Shown piece by piece: positions 53,211 through 64,000 of a stretch of DNA of 64,000 bases. The stretch covers positions 43,338,001 through 43,402,000 of the forward strand of contig NC_043006.1 of assembly GCF_006345805.1 (NCBI RefSeq), in the 5' to 3' direction. The number at the start of each line of letters is the position of its first letter. Position 1 is the stretch's first letter. This DNA comes from Octopus sinensis. Its lineage: Eukaryota. Both the position numbers and the translations under genes were made by a program. The notes under the pieces were generated by a model. The model searched no databases. It was not told the origin of the DNA and worked only from the letters and a program-made list of their open reading frames with translations.

Positions 53211-54029
53211 GAAATTTCAGACATTTCCCGTCACCCGCTTTGCCACCAATCCAACCTGAGAAAATTTTTGTTGTATAGTAAGTATATTGTACTTTAGGCA
53301 TATATACTCCAAGGAATTCATGCTGGAACTCTTACCTATACAGATATGGATAACACATATATATATATATACACAATACATATTCATGATATCACATGAT
53401 TCATAAAAATATAGGCATATGGACTTATATCTTTGTGAACGTTCATCTTCATGGACTAATTTTGTGTTAGAAACCTGTGAAAGTCTATAAATAATAATAT
53501 GCACACACTCAAATATTAACCAAATGAGATACCACCATGATACTGTGATGGATGCTTTAGATACACTGTAAACAAGATAACAATGCAGCTGTAATAACAA
53601 CTTAATGATCTAACAATCTCTTCATGAACCAACAATCAATATTCCGAATGAACTAACCAACCAACACCTTCCAACTTCACTGTGAACTCAACTCAAACTA
53701 ACATACAAACTTCACTCAGGTCGCTACTATTTATAATCACTCGGTCCAGTCTATTTCTCACAAGGGGGTATCGTGACTCTCATTACATCTCCCCAAGATT
53801 TCAACTTCTGAGAGAAGTGAAATTTTATTTTTATTTTTTTTTTAGAAAATTTAATATATTTTTCGTTTTGGCATTATTTCTAAGTGTGCAGTCTGTTTCC
53901 TTTTTCTGCTGCTGCTTCTACGAGGAGGCTCAATTTCTTTCAGTTCTAGCAGACTTCATTCTCATAGCAGACTTTATTGTCATAGCAGACTTCATTGTCA
54001 TAGCAGACTTCAATTAATATTTCCTTTTG

Positions 54030-55425
54030 CTGTTCAGTATGTCTCGTCTTTAATTGGTTTAGGTGTTTCTTATGTTCCCAATGTTGTCCTTTAATTACAT
54101 ACATCATGTTTCCTAATCTTTTAATTACAAAACCATCCTCCCAGCCTTCTTTACCATTTTTGTAAATTTAAAAGTGAATTTTATCTCCTACTTCGAAATG
54201 TTTTGTTACTTTTTCTTTATTTCCTTTAAATATATTTTTTCCTGACAATAATTTATTGAAGATCGATTTTATTTTTCACGTGAACATAAACTCTTCCGAA
54301 GACTTTTCCAAACTGGTATACGGATTGGGCGTTACTTTATATACCCTCAAGAATTTTGTTAGTGCTTCAACATTTCTTACATCATTCCTTGCTATTTTTA
54401 ACACTTGCTTCAACGTATCAACGAATCTTTCTACCCACCTGTTTGACTTCAGGCGATAGGGCAGGGTAAAAATATGCTTAATTGCATGTATTTTTCAGAA
54501 ATTTTTGAATTCACAACCCATGAATTGTGTTCCATTAACTGATACCATGTCTGGAACACTGTATCAGGCAACTAACTCATACACAAATTTTATTGTTGTC
54601 TTTGGAATGCCATCAACAATGATTAGATAGTATGCACCATTCATCGGTCCAGCATAATCGATATGTACCCTGGACCACGGACTATCCATCTCAGGCCATG
54701 ATTGGTATTTCAGCGGTTGTGCTTTGGCTGCTAGCATGCAACCTCTACATGATTTTACACAATTTTCAATGTCCAAGTCTATTGTTGACCAAAATACATT
54801 GCTCTTCATTAAGACTTTCATCCTCAACATTCCCAGGTGTCCACTGTGGAATTCCTGCAATACTCGTTTGTGTAGTGCAGATGGTACTACCACTCTTTGT
54901 GCATACATTAAAACATCGTCACATAGTGAAAAATCTTTTCGAATTTATATTTTTATTTTGCTTATTTTTCAACATTGCTTTCATTCTTTTAATGTAATTA
55001 TCCTCTGTGGATTTTATTTTTATATCATCCCCTGACACTGGCAGTTCGTGAATACCATTACACATAACATTTTTAATTAATATTTTCTTCAATTCAGCTG
55101 CTGAGTTCTTTTCACTGGTGGGGTAGCCCTTTAATATTTTACAGTACTGGCTTATTGGGAGATCCGACAAGTCAAATAACACCAACCAGTCAGTACCAAA
55201 CAAATTGGTTGTATTCTTTACAATGAAAACTTTCGCCTTGCAAGTTTTTTCCTCAAAATGTGACATCATTCCACATTTCATCTACAAAGTGTAGTTTGTC
55301 ACCCATCTTGCAACATGAAGTTTTTGCTGTTTTTCTTAACATGAGTTTCCCTATTTTCTTACACATGTCGGTGTTAATGATTGAAATGTCACTACCAGTA
55401 TCCAGTTGTAATTTCATATATTTAC
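54030..55425 (-). pseudogene. Gypsy pol remnant: aspartic protease fused to integrase
   Basis: KLQLDTGSDISIIN (~55400); ORF 54564-54908 HSGHLG...CRGC...WSRVHIDYAGP (HHCC and first D); VSVNGTQF; VERFVDTLK. Confidence 0.9.
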
Positions 55426-55427
55426 TC

Positions 55428-55802
55428 TGTTTGCAAGGTGGCGAGTTGGCAGAAATGTTAGCACGCCGGGTGAAATGCTTAGCGGTATTTGTCTGCCGCT
55501 ACGCTCTGAGTTCAAATTCCGCCGAGGTCAACTTTGCCTTTCATCCTTTCAGGGTCAATTAAATAAGTACTAGTTATGCACTGGGGTTGATGTAATCGGC
55601 TTAATCCATTTGTCTGTCCTTGTTTGTCCTCTCTGTGTTTAGCCCCTTGTGGGTAGTAAAGAAATTGGTATTCGTCTGAGTTCAACTTTGCTTTTCACTT
55701 TTTCAGGGGTTGATAAATTAAGTATCAGTTGTGTACTGGGGGCGATCTAATCAAAGGCTCCCTCCCTAAAAATTTCAAGCCTTGTGCCTAGAGTAGAAAG
55801 GA
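55428..55802 (+). mobile_element. Dimeric SINE B inserted in the Gypsy protease region
   Basis: A long-tail unit plus a headless short-tail unit; 10-bp TSD ATATTTACTC (55418-55427 and 55803-55812). Confidence 0.88.
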
Positions 55803-55899
55803 ATATTTACTCCATTTACTTTTATGTGTACAAATTTCCTTATTTGGGAGTCGATTTTACTTTCTGCTGAGAGCACTTTAGAATGCTTCACATTTGACC

Positions 55900-56770
55900 T
55901 TTGTACTTTTGTTCTGCAGTGTGAACTTTTGTGTCCAAATTTTTAACAACTGTAACATTTTTGGTTTTTAAAAGGACAATCTTTTCTGAAATGTGGGCCT
56001 CCACATCTGTAACATGGATTAGAATCTAGCAATCTTCTTTGGTTATACTTTCTTGGCCAACATATCTGTATTTTTGTGAAATCTTTTTCTTGAATTTTTC
56101 TTACACCGTGTTACAGGTCCACCATCCTTTGATGCTCTTCTGCAACAGTCTGCAGGGTTAAATCTTGGTTCGCTTATTCAAATTTTGAAAGAATTCTTGC
56201 CCATATTTCTGTATCTTCATTTGCTGCAATGCCTTTTACAAAAATGAGGCAATTAAACATCTTAGGAGTAAGTTCTTTAAGTTTAAAACTTTCACACATT
56301 CTGTTGACTGTTCCTGCATAAATAGAGAAGTCTTTTCACTGAACATGTTAGACAGCAATTTGATTGTTTCCTGAAAACAAATTTTACTAGACATTTTGGG
56401 AAAAATGAAATTACAGTATCGTTCATGCTCAGATGGAGCTAAATTACATAATAATAACCTTATTTTTTCTTTGTCTGACCATGTTTTGTAACCTTCCTTA
56501 AAAATCTCCTTGTACCTTCTGTAGTTTCCTGCAAAAGTTATACCCTGAATTCTATTATGGAGTTCAATACGTCATCTGGCAAAAACGAACTTACTGCATT
56601 TTCGGACTACTTTGCGTTTTGCTCCAATAGTTGTTGCTGTACTAGTTGCTTCTGCAACTCCTATTGCTGTTTTTGTTGTTGCTTTTGCAACTGGATTATA
56701 AAAGCTAATGAATTGTTAAATAACCTACATGAGCTTTGAAAACTTTATTCCCAGATGTTATATTTTCCAT
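55900..56770 (-). pseudogene. Gypsy gag remnant with two zinc knuckles
   Basis: YRRYKEIF...KIRLLL...EHERYCNFIFPK; CLIFVKG; CYRCGGPHFRKDC and CYSC*KFGHKSSHC (~55915-56015). Confidence 0.88.
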
Positions 56771-57095
56771 TCCCAATGTCATGGTACTACCATGATATTG
56801 TGACGGATGGTTCAGACATACCGTACCATTGTAGTAACAGTTAACAAGATAAAGATGCAGTTGTAATAACAACATAACAATCCAACAAGCTCTTCACAAA
56901 CCAACAATCAATATTCCAAATGAACTAACCAACCGACACTTTCCGATTTCACTGTGAACTCAACTTGGACTAACACACAAGCTTCACTACTACCTCTACT
57001 ATTTATACTCAATCATTCCAGTCTATTTCTCACAAGGGAGGCATCATGACTCTCATCACAACACACACACCACACTTACATACATACAAACATAA

Positions 57096-57663
57096 ATTAT
57101 GGGGGTCCTGGGATATGTAACACACTGCCTAAATAGCAATCTTGAGAAATTAGGCTTCTCAAAATCAGAAAGGAGAAAACTGATTCTAAGACTACAGATT
57201 CAATCCATCACTGGAACTGTAAAAATCTGTAAAACTTTCCAGAAGTTTATCATTTAAGTAAATATGAGCATGTCTAGATATGCAATTATACACATGTGAA
57301 TACATACATAACACAACGCATACGAATCTACACATATGCATACATACATATATACATACAAAAATACCCTGTTGCTGCTGTCAAAATTCCAATGAAGGAG
57401 CCTTGGATCTAGGTTAGAAACCAGCTCTTTCTCTATTACTCTTTTACTGTTTTACTTGTTTCAATCATTTGACTGTGACCATGCTGCAGCACCACCTTTT
57501 AGTCAAGCAAATTGACCCCAGGACTTATTCTTTGTTAGCCTAGCACTTATTCTATCGGTCTCTTTTGCCTAACCGCTAAATTACAGGGATGTAAACGCAC
57601 CAGCAATGGTTGTCAAGCGATGTTGGAGGGACAAACACAGACACACATACATACACACACACA

Positions 57664-57707
<44 letters not shown>

Positions 57708-57950
57708 CATATACATATATATATATACACACATATGTACGATGGGCTTCTTTCAGTTTCTGTCTACCAAATCCACTCACAAGGCTTTGGTCGGCAAGAA
57801 GCTATAGTAGGAGACACTTGCCCAAGGTGCCATGCAGTGGGACTGAACCCAGAACCATGTGGTTCGTAAGCAAGCTACTTACCACACAGCCACTCTTACG
57901 CCTACATCTATTGACAAGAAATCTTGAAATAAAACTGAATAATGACATAC
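57096..57950 (+). mobile_element. R4/Dong-like (RLE) non-LTR 3' fragment with 3' UTR
   Basis: IMGVLGYVTHCLNSNLEKLGF...LQIQSITGTVKICKTFQKFII* resembles RLE-clade C-termini; flanked by CA/CATA repeats; split by a SINE A. Confidence 0.65.
57438..57906 (-). mobile_element. SINE A, full length, with TSD
   Basis: TCTATT at 57432-57437 and 57907-57912. Confidence 0.9.
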
Positions 57951-59279
57951 ACACACACACAAACACACACACACACACACACACATAACATATACAAGGA
58001 TGGAGAATATCACAACTTTATTGAGAATGACATCATACAGGACAAATAATCGTTTCTATTATGTAAACATTTATAGATAAAGAAAAATATACAAAGCACA
58101 AATCAATCCACATTTGATCTGTTGTAAAATTCAGGATATCCGAAATTTATGCGAACACAATGTCATCTTGGTAACCCATAACAACTTGAATTCAAAGTGA
58201 ACTAACAGAAAGTCTATTATACATGAGCGCAGAAAAAAAAACGAGTGTTAAGAATAAATATTAAATAAGAAAAGTCATCTTAGTATTTAAACCAAAGATG
58301 ATGTCAATGGTCGATGAAAGAATGAAAAATATAAATGTAGTAAGGCTACCTCAGTACACTTATTTATCTGGTTATTAAGGTATGCTAAAAATAAGATTCT
58401 TTTTTAAATTAGGAAAATTGTACTTATTGAATTACAGGAAAAGCAATTATAATGAAGGTGTTATTTACTGTTGAATTATTTAAATGTTTGTTTGTTTTTT
58501 TTTATACTTGTGAGAACACTTCAATGTAAGAATGATTCTAGAATTTAATAATTTTAATTTTGAAGTAATTGTATATTTCCTCAAGGCAAAGATCACATTA
58601 AAAAATTACCAGTATTGTATAGCAGAGTGTAACTTACAATAGACCCCTTCAAATCATGGTTAACGTTTCTGTCTTTCAAATCCAAAATACATTTACTAAG
58701 ATTCATAGAATTACACTTACACCAAAACTTAAATGAAGACAAATGATTATATAATCTAGAATTCTAAAATGTAGACGAAGGATTTATGCAATAATATATA
58801 TAATAACCTGCAATCACTATACATCGATATACTAGATTCTTTACTAAACACTGATTTCCTAAAGGACACATAAATTTGTTTTTGAAATTACAAAGGCATT
58901 TATTCAGTTCTATTGGTATCTGATCATTTCGTTTAGTTAATCAATTTAGATTAACCACCGAGTGCTTAAAAAATATCTACCAGGATTTATTAATCCCTAT
59001 GAATCCCTATTATATATATATATATATATAATAATGATAATTTGAGGGGATATTATTCCTAACTTACAAGGAAAAATTCAATTTAGAAATACTAAATCAA
59101 ATTTCACAAAATATAATATATATATAAAAATTAGAAAAAACCAATTTACTTAATTTACTTAATCATCAGTATATTATTATTCTATTTTTTATATTTCTAT
59201 TATATGTAATTTTCTAGAAGGTGTAATTTAATTGTTCATTTTGAATTGATAAAAGGTGGTTTTTTTCTAATTTTCATAT

Positions 59280-59960
59280 ATCATCATCATCATCATCATT
59301 ATCGTTCGGCCAGGGTCTGGGAAGTCAGGAGGCTGCACCAGGCTCCAGTCAGATCTGGCAGTGTTTCTACAGCTGGATGCCCTTCCTAACACCAACCACT
59401 CTGTGTAGTGGGTGCCAGGGGAGGCTGGCAATGGTCACGATCGGTTGGTGCTTTTTACGTACCACCAGCACAGAAATCAGTCCAGGTGGTGCTGGCATCG
59501 ACCACGTACGGATGGTGCTTTTTACGTGCCAGGGGAGGCTGACAACGACCACAATCGGTTGGTGGTTTTTATGTGCCACTGACATGGAAGTCAGTCAAGA
59601 AGCACTGGCATCGGCCACAATACTTGTTTCAGTCATTAGACTGAAACTATGTTGAAATTTTAGTCAAATTAATTGACCCTAGTATTCATTTTTATCACTC
59701 TGTTTTACCAAACCGCTAATTTGCTGGGTTGCAAACACACCATCACCGGTTGTTAAATGCTAGTGGGGAAACAAACACAGGCACAAAGACATACATATGT
59801 ATATACGACAGACTTTTTTAAGTTTCAGTCAATGAGATCCACTCACAAGGCTTTGGTCAGCTCAAGGCTATAGTACAAGACGTTTGTTGAAGGTGCACCA
59901 GAGTAGGACCAAACTTAGAACCGTGTAGTTAGGAAGCAAGCTCCTTACCTGAGCCTATAT
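59280..59960 (-). mobile_element. Family C repeat (59280-59620) adjoining a diverged SINE A (59630-59960)
   Basis: Family motifs on the minus strand. Confidence 0.8.
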
Positions 59961-60168
59961 ATGTATATGTGTGTTTTGTGTGTGTGTGTGTGCATGTGTT
60001 TGTGTATGTATAAATATATATATATACACTCATATAAAGAGATATACATACATACATATATATAATAATAATATAAATAATATATATATATATATATATG
60101 CATATATACTTACGTATATGCACATACCTACATCTATACATACATATATATATATACATACACATATA

Positions 60169-60227
<59 letters not shown>

Positions 60228-60229
60228 TA

Positions 60230-60297
<68 letters not shown>

Positions 60298-61139
60298 ATG
60301 CATATGTGAGCACAGGACGTCATGAAACATGTACAACAAAAATGTACGAAGCTTGAGTACATGGAACATGAACTATTCTTTCGAACAATGAAAGACACAA
60401 ATGGAAAACAAAACAAACATAAAGAACGACCCTTCATCAGTTGTCAGCTGTTTCTCTAGTCTCGTATTTCGAGCATTTATCAACAATACACACACACACA
60501 CATATATACCCATACATCTATACACACTCGTGTATACATACACACACAGAGTTTTGCAAAATTCTCAAGATGTTCTTTATCTCTACTTGACATGTCTGAT
60601 TCATTTTCTCAAGATGTTACAACTTCAACATTATGTTAAACACAAACTCAGCCTTACTTGATGTGTTAATATGAAAGACAAAACTAAGCATTTCATTCAC
60701 AGCCTACATTCATGCCATCATCTTTGCCTTTCTTTTCCTCATAAGTGCAAGCATGGTTGTGTGGCTAAGAAACTTGTCTTACAGCCAAGTGGTTTCAGGT
60801 TCAGTTCCATTACACGGCACTTTAGCTTTTTGCCTTCTGCTATGACTCCAGGTCAACCAATATCTTGTGCTCCTGCATGGCCACAGTCAAATGACTGAAA
60901 CAAGTAAAAATATAAAAGAATATATATACACACACACATACACATACATACACCCACATATCTATATGTTTATATGTGTGTCTTTGTAGCTGTGTTTGTC
61001 TCACATACACACACACATACATACAAATCACAGCTTGACAACCAATGCTGACTTATTTATATTCCAGCAACTTAGCAGTTCAACAAAAGAGACTAATAGA
61101 ATAAGTAAAAGGATAAAAAAAAGTAAAGACCATCTTCAG

Positions 61140-61400
61140 TTATGAATAACCATGGAATAGCACCCAGAAGGACACCCCTCTGAGGCACAAGTCTGAGCAA
61201 GGTTGTTTATGGAAGACCAGTTGCCCATGCATACCAGTCTCCCCTCTGCACACCACCGATGTTATCCAAGAGAAAGGCAAAGGCTGATACAACTTGGCAC
61301 CAGTGACGTTGTAACTCATTTCTACAGCTGAGTGAACGGGAGCAATGTGAAATAAAGTATCTTGCTCAAGAACACAACACATAGTCCAGTCCAAGGAATC
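61140..61400 (-). mobile_element. SINE body of the 30400 family, head truncated
   Basis: tgttgtgttcttgagcaagatactttatttcacattgctcc on the minus strand. Confidence 0.65.
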
Positions 61401-61620
61401 ATATATATATATACATTCCATTAGAAGTTAAAATAGCCTCATTAAAGGATAGTAATATCCAATGAATTACTGATTTATTGCCCAGTATTTTTTGTGAATA
61501 ATAATATTCATAAAATATTAGGTCTAAGTATAAATCTTGGTTTATAAATATTCAAAAGAAAATTTAGAAAATGGAGATGTAGCATTAATATAATTTATTA
61601 TTGGCAAAAATCCAACATAT

Positions 61621-61703
61621 TCTCTTACAGCTGTTTCAATTTAGCCTAAAAGACTAAATTACAATAACTAAATTGTTATATTAGGTAAAATCCCATCAGA
61701 GGG
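61621..61703 (-). ncRNA. Degenerate hammerhead with a long helix II (PLE terminal repeat)
   Basis: CT-CTGATGG-GATTT...AAATT-GAAAC AGCT GTA-AG; A9 replaced by G. Confidence 0.5.
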
Positions 61704-61724
61704 ATTGAAAAAATATTATTCTTT

Positions 61725-62105
61725 TATTCTTTTGTTTCAGTCATTTGACTGCAGTCATGGTGGAGCACCACCTTTAGTTGAACAAATTGGCCCCAGGCCT
61801 TATTCTTTGTAAGTCTAGTATTTATTTTATCAGGCCCTTTTGCCAAACCTCTAAATTACGGGGACGTAAGCACATAAGCATTGGTTATCAAGTGATGTGG
61901 TGGGGAACAAAACACACGCACACACTCACAGATATATATATGACTGGCTTCTTTCAGTTTCCATCTACCAAATCCACTCACAAGGCTTTGGTCGGTCCGA
62001 GGCTCTAGTAGAAGACACTCGCCCAAGGTTCCACAGAGGAGGACTGAACCCAGAACCTATGTGGTTGGGAAGCAAGCTTCTTACCACACGGCCACGCCAG
62101 CACCT
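61725..62105 (-). mobile_element. SINE A, full length
   Basis: Both halves present. Confidence 0.88.
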
Positions 62106-62619
62106 ATATATGTATATGTATTTTTGAGGAAAAGCTAATTATTTTGTTAAGTTAGCTATGAATATATCTAAACTCTTTAAGAATTATTTTTCTTCAGAAA
62201 GCACTCAGCAACATTTTTCTATGTTCTATAGTTCCAAGTAGGTGGCATGTTAATGAGATTTCTATTATGTGATCACTTTTATGAGATTTTCGTACGTGAC
62301 CTCTTTGGAAAATTTCAACTTTTAAATTCATTTTCCCAACAACAGTAATTCTTTTGACTAATTGGTTAATTAGTCATCACAAATACATCATTAAGTAGTA
62401 CATGTTCTCAATAAAATATTGCATGCATGAATTCTTTCTATTGTTTTTTGTTTGATCGTGTGAATTCAATTTAGCTTTGCTGATTTACAAGATGTGTGAA
62501 TTGGCCATCAACACAGTTTGTGGTGAAGTTAATGCTTTTTACATGAGCATATTAATGATTATACACTCAAGTGAGTGTATATAATTATATTAGAAGGATC
62601 TGTCATGTACTGTTTTTCT

Positions 62620-63080
62620 TATTTAATTTTGTATTAATAAATTTCAAGACCTGGCAAGTAAAGTGAGATCGTAGCTGTGGCCGATACCTGTGTCGCATAA
62701 CCACCCTATTTAAAAGTGCCCTTGAATTTCCAGGTAACATGTTGTGCTTCAGAAGACCTGATGAGTCAAGGGAAGTTATAGTCGTGAATGATGCCAGCGC
62801 TGTCTGACTAGCACCTGTGCTGGTGTCATGTAATAAGCACCATTCAAGCATGGGTCAATGCCAGTGCTGCCTGACTGGCTCCCCATGCTGGTGGCATGTA
62901 AAAATCACCCACTACACTCTTGGAATGGTTGGCATTAGGAAGGGCATCCAGCTGTAGAAACCTTGCCAGGTCAGATTGGAGCCTGGTGCAGCCTCCCAGC
63001 TTGCCAGTCCTCAGTCAAACCATCCAACCCATGCCAGCATGGAAAGCAGACATTAAACGATGATGATGATGATGATGATG
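62620..63080 (+). mobile_element. Family C repeat, longer 5' extent
   Basis: Includes gtgcttcagaagacc (RTE 3'-end-like), repeat units, core and a gatgat tail. Confidence 0.8.
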
Positions 63081-63312
63081 ACATTAGAATTAAACCTTAA
63101 GTTTTTTGGCTATTATTTCTAATGGTTTAAATTCCACAGCTTATTTATAGTTCTAATTTAACTTAAGCAATAAAAAAAAATTGGTCTCCAATATGGCTTC
63201 ATGCTTGCTACACCTAACAATGAGATCAGTTAAGACTGGTGGTCATTTGGTTTAAAGCTGAGTCATTATTGGCAGTGAGTTAAATGAATGATGAATTGAA
63301 TTAATGTACATT

Positions 63313-63504
63313 ATTTACATTATTTACATTCAATGGTTATTTGTCATCTTGTTTGTTGTCAACACAACATTTCAGCTGATATACTCGCCAGCCTTCTTCA
63401 GATGTCTTGGGGAAATTTCGAACCATGGGCATATGGCATAGTGGTTAAGAGCATGGGCTACTAACCCCAAGATTCCAAGTTCGATTCTAAGCAGTGACCT
63501 GAAC

Positions 63505-63551
<47 letters not shown>

Positions 63552-63744
63552 CAACAACAACATTGAAAAATATGCCTTAGGAATGAGAACCCAGGTTCGA
63601 AATTTCTCCGGGACACCTGAAGAAGGCTGGAGGGTATGTCAGCCGAAACATTCTGTTAACAACAAACAAAAATGAGGACAAATAACTGTTGAATGTAAAT
63701 AATGTAAATAATGCACATAATTCCTCATCTCTTAAATATAGAAC
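63313..63744 (+). mobile_element. tRNA-headed SINE with a hammerhead-bearing 3' domain and an inverted 5' arm
   Basis: A-box 63434-63444, B-box 63479-63487, (AAT)n, HHR 63613-63656, inverted copy 63313-63424 with HHR 63362-63405, TSD TGAATTAATGTACATT. Confidence 0.82.
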
Positions 63745-63844
63745 TGAATTAATGTACATTTGATGTGTAACAAGGCTCCATCCTTAGCCCACTTTTGCTC
63801 CTGCTTTTGAAGTAATTCAAGACAGGATGTATACTGACACACCA

Positions 63845-64000
63845 GTTTATCATCATCATCATCATTTAATACCTAATTTCCATGCTGGCATGAGTTAGAC
63901 GGTTTGACAGGAGTTGGCAAGCTGGAGACCTTCACCAAGCTCCAGCTGTTTGTTTTGGTGTGGTTTCTATGGTCAGATGCCCTTCCTAATGCCAACCACT
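63845..64000 (-). mobile_element. Family C 3' end (runs off the window end)
   Basis: (CAT)n then ...gatgcccttcctaatgccaaccact. Confidence 0.8.

Larger units (their letters stand above)
53538..57060 (-). mobile_element. Ty3/Gypsy (Mag/K02A2.6-like) LTR retrotransposon with both LTRs, lacking RT and RNase H
   Basis: LTRs 56793-57060 and 53538-53787 (TG...CA, roughly 80% identical by eye); PBS-like TGGTAG; PPT-like TTGGGGAGA; gag, protease and integrase remnants. Confidence 0.92.

Noticed and set aside
53531-53537. PBS-like TGGTGG after the 3' LTR suggesting a tandem Gypsy copy
   Set aside because: The following sequence is the PLE-associated inverted arm, not gag; no TSD could be established either.
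60305-60480. GAAACAGCUG...CUGAUGAAGGG on the minus strand as a permuted hammerhead
   Set aside because: No U at position 16.1 (reads GAC), no helix I and no closing helix II; probably a related PLE-derived repeat but not a supportable ribozyme.
62755-62790. CTGATGA in family C, and CCAATGAAGG...GAAACC at 57388-57425
   Set aside because: The first lacks a helix II-GAAA; the second lacks the CUGA core and a cleavage triplet with helix I.
63425-63500. Possible tRNA genes at SINE heads (also 27156, 31770 and 42937)
   Set aside because: A/B boxes are present, but acceptor and T stems are incomplete and they run straight into repeat bodies, so they are SINE heads.

Overview
This is AT-rich eukaryotic non-coding DNA saturated with microsatellites and transposons. 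The repeat inventory looks like an octopus (cephalopod) genome; that is inferred from pattern recognition, not from a search. I cannot support any host protein-coding exon. Almost all ORFs in the supplied track are microsatellite or SINE translations. All recognisable coding remnants belong to decayed mobile elements: three mariner transposases, RTE, CR1 and R4/Dong non-LTR fragments, Penelope-like (PLE) GIY-YIG fragments, and a two-LTR Mag-type Gypsy element that lacks RT/RNase H. There are also non-autonomous Helitrons, MITEs and several tRNA-derived SINE families. Labels A, B and D are mine for the SINE families, and C is my label for a LINE 3'-end family. The main hidden signal is a set of about ten minimal hammerhead-ribozyme motifs, one fully intact, carried by several short repeat families. 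One carrier is a tRNA-headed SINE with a PLE-style inverted 5' arm and a 16-bp TSD (63313-63744). There is also a duplicated CCAAT/TATA promoter-like module near 44.2 and 45.8 kb. Boundaries defined by a TSD or terminal motif are exact; other boundaries are approximate to a few tens of bp.
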